DNA of 64,000 bases from Flectonema sp. DT1601 (taxonomy: Eukaryota). Of this stretch, positions 58,275-64,000 are shown in pieces. The notes below the pieces were generated by a model. It was not told where the DNA came from, made no database searches, and saw only the letters and a list, made by a program, of their open reading frames with translations. Both the position numbers and the translations under genes were made by a program. Positions within the stretch are counted from its first letter, which is position 1; each line of letters starts with the position of its first letter. The DNA lies in NCBI GenBank assembly GCA_964019425.1, contig OZ025798.1, forward strand, positions 1,240,001 to 1,304,000. Direction: 5' to 3'.

Positions 58275-60635
58275 AAGAGTTGGAGTTCTTTTTTTGAATT
58301 AGCTTCGTTCGAATTTCTACTTTCGAATACAATTCGTGGCTGATTAATTTTTTTAAACCCTTCGGGAACTATTAATACATTCTCTATTTAACCGACTTCT
58401 ACAAACACACAAACAGACCTTATTATAAACCCTCCCTCTCCCTAGAGTCCCAACCCATCCCGTCCCTCTGTGACCCACTTAGATTTTTCGATTTTGTCTC
58501 TTTACGACACTCGCTTTGTTCTCCATTGGTCTTGTCGAGTTGTTTTTTTGTTCTTTTCTTTTCTAAAATTTGAAAGAAATCAAAGCAAGGGATGTACCGA
58601 AAGCAGTTGTCTGCAGTGTGCTCGTGAACTTTATTATGAATGTGTGCCACAGGAGTTTACTGCGGCTCAATTTTAAGAGAGGTGAGTCTTTAGTGAATAA
58701 GTAAATCCAAATAATCAGACTTAACAAAAAGAGATGGGTGTGCCTAGTTACACCTGTTGGTATTTTATAAGTGATTACTTCATACTATTCTGAATTCTTC
58801 TCAAAAGACTATCAAAACTATTTTTAGTTCACTTCTGGCGGAAGATGCTCTCGGGATCCTTTCACTCCTTTCCCTCTCTTTGCTTATGAACATATTTTAC
58901 TCATGGGTAATGAAGAGTTATTTCTTGCACTGGTATACTTGCTTTTAGTAATTGTTGTTTTCTTTTTACTTTTTACTTTTTCATTGTCCTTTTCCCTATT
59001 CCATTTCCCCCTCTTTTCCTTTTTGCGTATAATTGTCGCGTAGTCAACACGTGATAAGCTCTTGTTAGTTTGAAGGCACTGATTGCGTCTGTTGCACTTT
59101 TCGGGAGGGAACTGCTGCACTGTCTGAACAAACAGTTTCCTCTTAGGAGGGTAGGAAATCGCAGAAGTCACTTTTGGGTGCTTTTGAATTATAATAGAAA
59201 CTGACGAGTTGTGTCCTTTTTGCAACATATTGCTCGCGAGAGCTTCTTTAGAAAGATCAACCTGACTGAGCAGACTGTTCATGGAAATGGAAATGTTCAT
59301 TAGTTATGTTGTCAACTGTGGACTCAACTTGGAGGTTTCTACTTACATTTGTTTCTCTTTTTCTCTCCCCCAGGTCCCCTCCCTTCCTCGAAGAGAATAC
59401 TCGCCCACAAGTAAAAAGAAAAAAATAGTACCAACGAAATGAAAGAATGAGAATCCCCTGACCGACTTCACAGAAAGTTTGTAAATTAGCCGTCGAATAC
59501 TTCAGTTAATCCTTCTTCTATTCATACTTGCCTCTTGAGTTTCAAATTTCTATGAAACGCTACTTCAGTCCTGCGATTGCTAAGTAATAATACCCTTCTG
59601 TTCTGTCCCTGCCGGCAGATTTAAAAATATTTTAAATCTGACAAACTGGATCGACAGAAATAAAAACAAGCAGCTCAGCCGTGTTTCATGCGCCTTTGAG
59701 CGAGTCATTCGGTGTGTGTGTTGCTGAGTGGCGATGTGAAGCTCTCATTGGGCCCGTTTGCCGACATGGCTTTGCTGCAAGTAATGAAAAGAAATAAAAA
59801 ATAATGTTGTGTTTGTGTTTATATCTCAAATACACTCAGTGTACTCACCGATCGAACGAAAAAGTTTTTAAGGAGAAATCTACCCAGCGATGGTACATTT
59901 GTGTTGTTGACAATTAATGAAATGTACGAAAGGCGCTTCAAGTTCGATTTTTTAAAAAAATAGTAAAGTGAGATTTTTTCATAGCAAACAGCAGCCAAGC
60001 TTTTGAAAAAAAAAAAATTATTTTGTAGTTTGTTATCCAAATAAAAAAAAAAAAAAAAAAAATGGGAAAAAAAAAAAAAAAAAGAAAAAAGAGTCTACTC
60101 TTAGCGGAGTAGTAGTTGTAACAAATAAATAAAATAAAATAAAAAGAAATGTTGTAAAAACAATGATAAATGAAAAGAATTTTGTGCAGAGTCGCCTAAT
60201 AAGTGAAACAACTCGAAATTATTTTTTTACCTGTAGCGGCGTTATATTATTCTTTTCTATTTCATTGTGTGGGAGCCAATTATGTTGGCCTTAATAGAAT
60301 GCAAAAAAAAAAAAAAAAAAAAGAAAAGAAAAAAGGAATAAAAAATAAAGACAATAACAATAAAATAAAAAAGGTTCCTGTTTTACATTTTTAACTCCTC
60401 CCTTCCATTCCCCAAATGTTATTAAAACTTTTTTTGAAGTGAAAAACGGTCGTCCCTCCCCTCCATCAAACATACCTCACTTAGAGTCCTCGTGAAGTGA
60501 TTTTATTGTGCCGCTCTCTTATTCATTCTTCTTCAGAATAGTAATAGATAATTAGTAGTAAAGTTAAGAAAGATTACCTCAAGTGAGTAGCGTCAAATTC
60601 GTTCAGTTAAAAATATTATTTTTCTCACCCAGAAA

Positions 60636-63600
60636 ATGGAGGGTTGGGACTTATTGCGAGAAGAGCAACCGCCAAAAACACTCGCCAACAAAGAATATGT
60701 GTCACAAGTTGCGTATGACGGGGATCACATTACTGCTCGTGGAGTCATTCTGATTGGTGTGACGGAGTTTGACAGCCCGCAAATTCAAAACTTGCCAACT
60801 CCTCTTCGTGATGTTCAACTTCTAGAAGAACGGTTTCGCAGGTACAACATTGACCACATTACTGTTTTGAATTCAGCGCAACGAGACAGAATTAGAAAGC
60901 CGACGGCCGAAAACATCGTTCGAGCCATCAGAGAAATGCGCCTGCAACTCGGCACAGGCGGAGTTCTTCACGTGGTGATTAGCACTCACGGGATTGTTGA
61001 AGATGGTTCGCTCCGTCTTATTCCTTCAGACTTTGATCCGTACACCAGAACTAACAGTCTTCACGTCGATGATATTTCTCAACTCATATGTCCCGCCTCT
61101 GGGGGTAGAGGAGTTCTCACTGTCGACTACAGCAGTCATTACATAGAAACGATGAGATCTTTTAATGATATTGATGTGGTATGAGTTATTTATTTATTAT
61201 TGTTGTCTAGCGGAACTTATTTATTAAAACACTATAACAAACAGGATCGGCCTGTGCCGCTACCGAAGCCGCTTCCTGGCTACGCATTTATGTGCAGCCC
61301 TCCTCGTATGACGGCATCGTTTTGCGCGAAATTTGCCTCCATGCTCGATGAGCTCATTGAGAGGAGACTTCCAATTTGCCCAAATTCAGTTTTTGCGATT
61401 TTTAAGAGACACGCTCAGAGATGGTTCGGATCTCCTTCTGTGTTGATGATTTTACTTTCTGACAAAGCACCTGAAGCACCGAGTGGTAAGATTCCTCTCT
61501 TTGACTGGAGTTACGTGTTGACATCTGACAGGTCAGTAACGTACACAATAAATATCAGTCAGTCTGTATCTCAGAATGCACCTCTCCCTGACCCAAAGTC
61601 ACTTTGCCAGCAGTTAAAACAACGAGTCCTGCCGATGAAGATCCAGCATCTTGTAACGGAAGACCAGCGTCGTTTTATTATTAAAATTAGTGGCGGGCAA
61701 CCTTCCAGAGGACCGAGAGAAGACAAAAATTATTTTTCTCGAGAAATAGCAGCGATCTGTGACGAACTTCGCCTACCACGAGTATCAGTTGTAAAGGCCT
61801 GGTTTGGTAAGATTATTTGCAGCACTTCAGTCTCTGGTTTCGAATCTGCGTTTCGCGCGTTCAATACTTTTCGAACACTCAAATGCTCAACGACTGCCGA
61901 CCCTCCAAATGTTGATTACGTAGGATTGTTGTGCAGAGCTGAGATTACGTCTTCTTATAACGCCCACCTTCAAATGGATGAATGCTGCAGAAAGAGATTA
62001 ATGGAACCACAAACAGGTTTAATTATTGAAGAGTTGGGTTTCGATCAGCAAGCAGCCCAACAACCTGTTCTGCAGGAGTTTCACAATTCGGATGAAGCAC
62101 TTCCTTATCAAAGACCTCAAACACCACCAGCAGCACAAGTTTCTGAGTGGGCAATCAACAGCATTCCTCCTCCAGCTTCCCCGTCTGACGAGGGCTCTCC
62201 GATGTTGACAAACGTTAGCCTCCAGCCGTGGGGTGGCCCGCATGCGGTACCGCAGCCGAATTCCAACAAACAGTCGCTTCGAAATTATCCAAAAGATCTT
62301 TCACCTGAACTGGAGAAGCTCCAGGCGGCCCTCAACTTAGAGCGCTCAGAACGTATCAATGCCGTTGACTCACTTCAAAATCAAATAAATAATTCGATGG
62401 CCAGCAGTCGAGTTGGAAATAATCTCGAGAATCAGATGATGCAAAGTACTATTTCACAATTAATAGCTGGACAGGAATCCATGAATTCAAAGTTTAAGCA
62501 ACTTGATGACAGATACCGAGAACTTGACAGTAAATATCAACAAGAGAAAGAAGAAGTTAAAGAGCTGAAGGAACGACAACAAACCATGTCGAAGAGTCCA
62601 ACTCGAGGTGGGGCCTGTCTTGAGATCTCAAATGATGATTGGCTGAACTATCAAGATCAGTTAACTCTTTTACAGGTTTGTTTTCAATAATAATTAAATA
62701 AAAGTTTAATTTATTGAAGTTGTTTTCAAAGAGATCCGATCTAACAAACAAACAAACAAACAGGTCCAGTTGAAGGACGTGCAGAGTTCCCTTCCATCTC
62801 ACAGTAGTTCGAGACATGCGGAGGTTTGTTGTTATCTTTTTATTTAATTACTTCACAGTGAGGTCAATAATATCAGTGAGAAGGTGAGAAGGTATAATAA
62901 TGGCATACTAGAATACTAGAATACTAATACCGACTAGTACCGGGTATTATTTATAAATTAACAACCACAAACAGGTACCTCCGAAAGGAATTTCAACACC
63001 AAAAGCAAAGGCTGCCCCATCAGCTGCCACCCTCCAACTGGAACGTCAGCTACAAGAACAGAAGGCAACCGTCGAGAGGCTGTCGAATGATCTAATGTCC
63101 CTCCAGCAACAGTTTGTTATTTCTTCACAACCACATCAAATGCTTCGATTTGATGGAGTGCCGACCCCATCTGTTGATGATGTTCGTACACTACGTCAAC
63201 GAGTTGAGAGAATGGAGTCCGTCGATGATGCCGCAGAAAGATCTCACATCGGAGCGAAGATCGATCATTTGCAAAGTGTTGTCGACAAACTTGTCAATTC
63301 GAACTCTCGTTCTACTGACGGAGATATTCGAAAACTTTATAATGATATGATGCTAGACGATATCGATGCACAACTACAGGGAAGAATTCCTTCCCAGAGT
63401 GGTGACCTGAAGGGAGGAGTCTTCACTCCTCAATTTGGAGCTCCTGTTTACTTACCTGCTGGACTTAAAAACTCAATTCAAAGTTTAGTTGGTGGAATGA
63501 TAAGCCCCGTCAAGGAACAAATTGAGAGATGGGCATCGGGACAGATCGGAACTCAAAGAGAGCAGCTGTCGGCGTTAAACGCGGCAACTGCTGAACAACT

Positions 63601-64000
63601 TTTAGGAGTTCAGTCAAAGATTAGACAAATTGAACTATCGCAGGACCAATTCCACAGAGAAAGAAGTATACGACCTGCTGGGGAGGGTGAAAACAATGCG
63701 ATGGTTGATGCGCACTCTCGTGAACTCTCTACTAACTCAGCAGCGATAAGCGGACTTGAGAAAAGCATTCAACTCATCCAAACTACTCTCAGTTCGTACT
63801 CTAACAGACTTCAAGGACTTGAGCAGGGAGTTGACGGAAATGTGACAGACTTGCAGGCGAATGCCAGCGACTTGAGAGAGCGTTTGGATACGGCAGTTCA
63901 GCGTATTAATCAAACAGCATTAGATTTAGATCAGAAAGTTATGAAAGAACTGACTGACGCTCTTGCACGTGTGACTGTTGCTGATCAAAGAATTAATCAT
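60636..64000 (+). CDS. Caspase/metacaspase-like (peptidase C14 fold) N-terminal domain with catalytic Cys replaced, then a long coiled-coil region; introns 61179-61244, 62676-62763, 62824-62974; runs off the window
   Basis: VILIGVTEF...LPTPLRDV...PTAENI...VVISTHG...LIPSD...LTVDYS; last exon from 62975 open to the window end. Confidence 0.72.

Noticed and set aside
58884..59300. 138-aa minus-strand ORF
   Set aside because: The Lys-rich part derives from + strand T tracts; no motif, and it opposes the cluster direction
60095..60112. Hairpin ctactct-tagc-ggagtag beside A runs, terminator-like on the minus strand
   Set aside because: Short stem that could arise by chance; intrinsic terminators are not expected in this context
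1..64000. Bacterial operon or non-standard genetic code as explanation for broken ORFs
   Set aside because: All breaks are resolved by GT-AG introns, and TAA, TAG and TGA all end conserved proteins at expected positions

Overview
Eukaryotic, gene-dense nuclear DNA. About 30 protein-coding genes all lie on the + strand across the 64 kb, and I found no credible minus-strand gene. I could reconstruct about 40 short GT-AG introns by hand, each restoring a reading frame. Most start codons sit just downstream of a pyrimidine-rich AG, as expected for spliced-leader trans-splicing. Together with the gene content (PSP1-C protein, PEX11, SAXO), this suggests a euglenozoan, probably diplonemid-like; that assignment is inference. 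Recognisable genes: two tandem SHMT copies, WW+SAXO, mitochondrial uL23, a METTL4-like MT-A70 methyltransferase, threonine dehydratase, PEX11, a coiled-coil/tandem-BRCT protein, two alpha-carbonic anhydrases flanking 5-oxoprolinase (one lacking two zinc ligands), a PPR protein, a histone-fold protein, TPR-SET, NTF2-like+LRRC51, PSP1-C and a Cys-to-Ser caspase-like protein. The strongest pattern is two sharply different classes of 3' splice acceptor. Cis-introns end in A/C-rich tracts (...AAACAAACAG, once expanded to (AAAC)26) that are often complementary to their GTTTGT donors. Acceptors ahead of start codons are U/C-rich. No tRNA, rRNA, CRISPR array or autonomous transposon was recognised. 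All exon models were read by eye and need RNA-seq confirmation.
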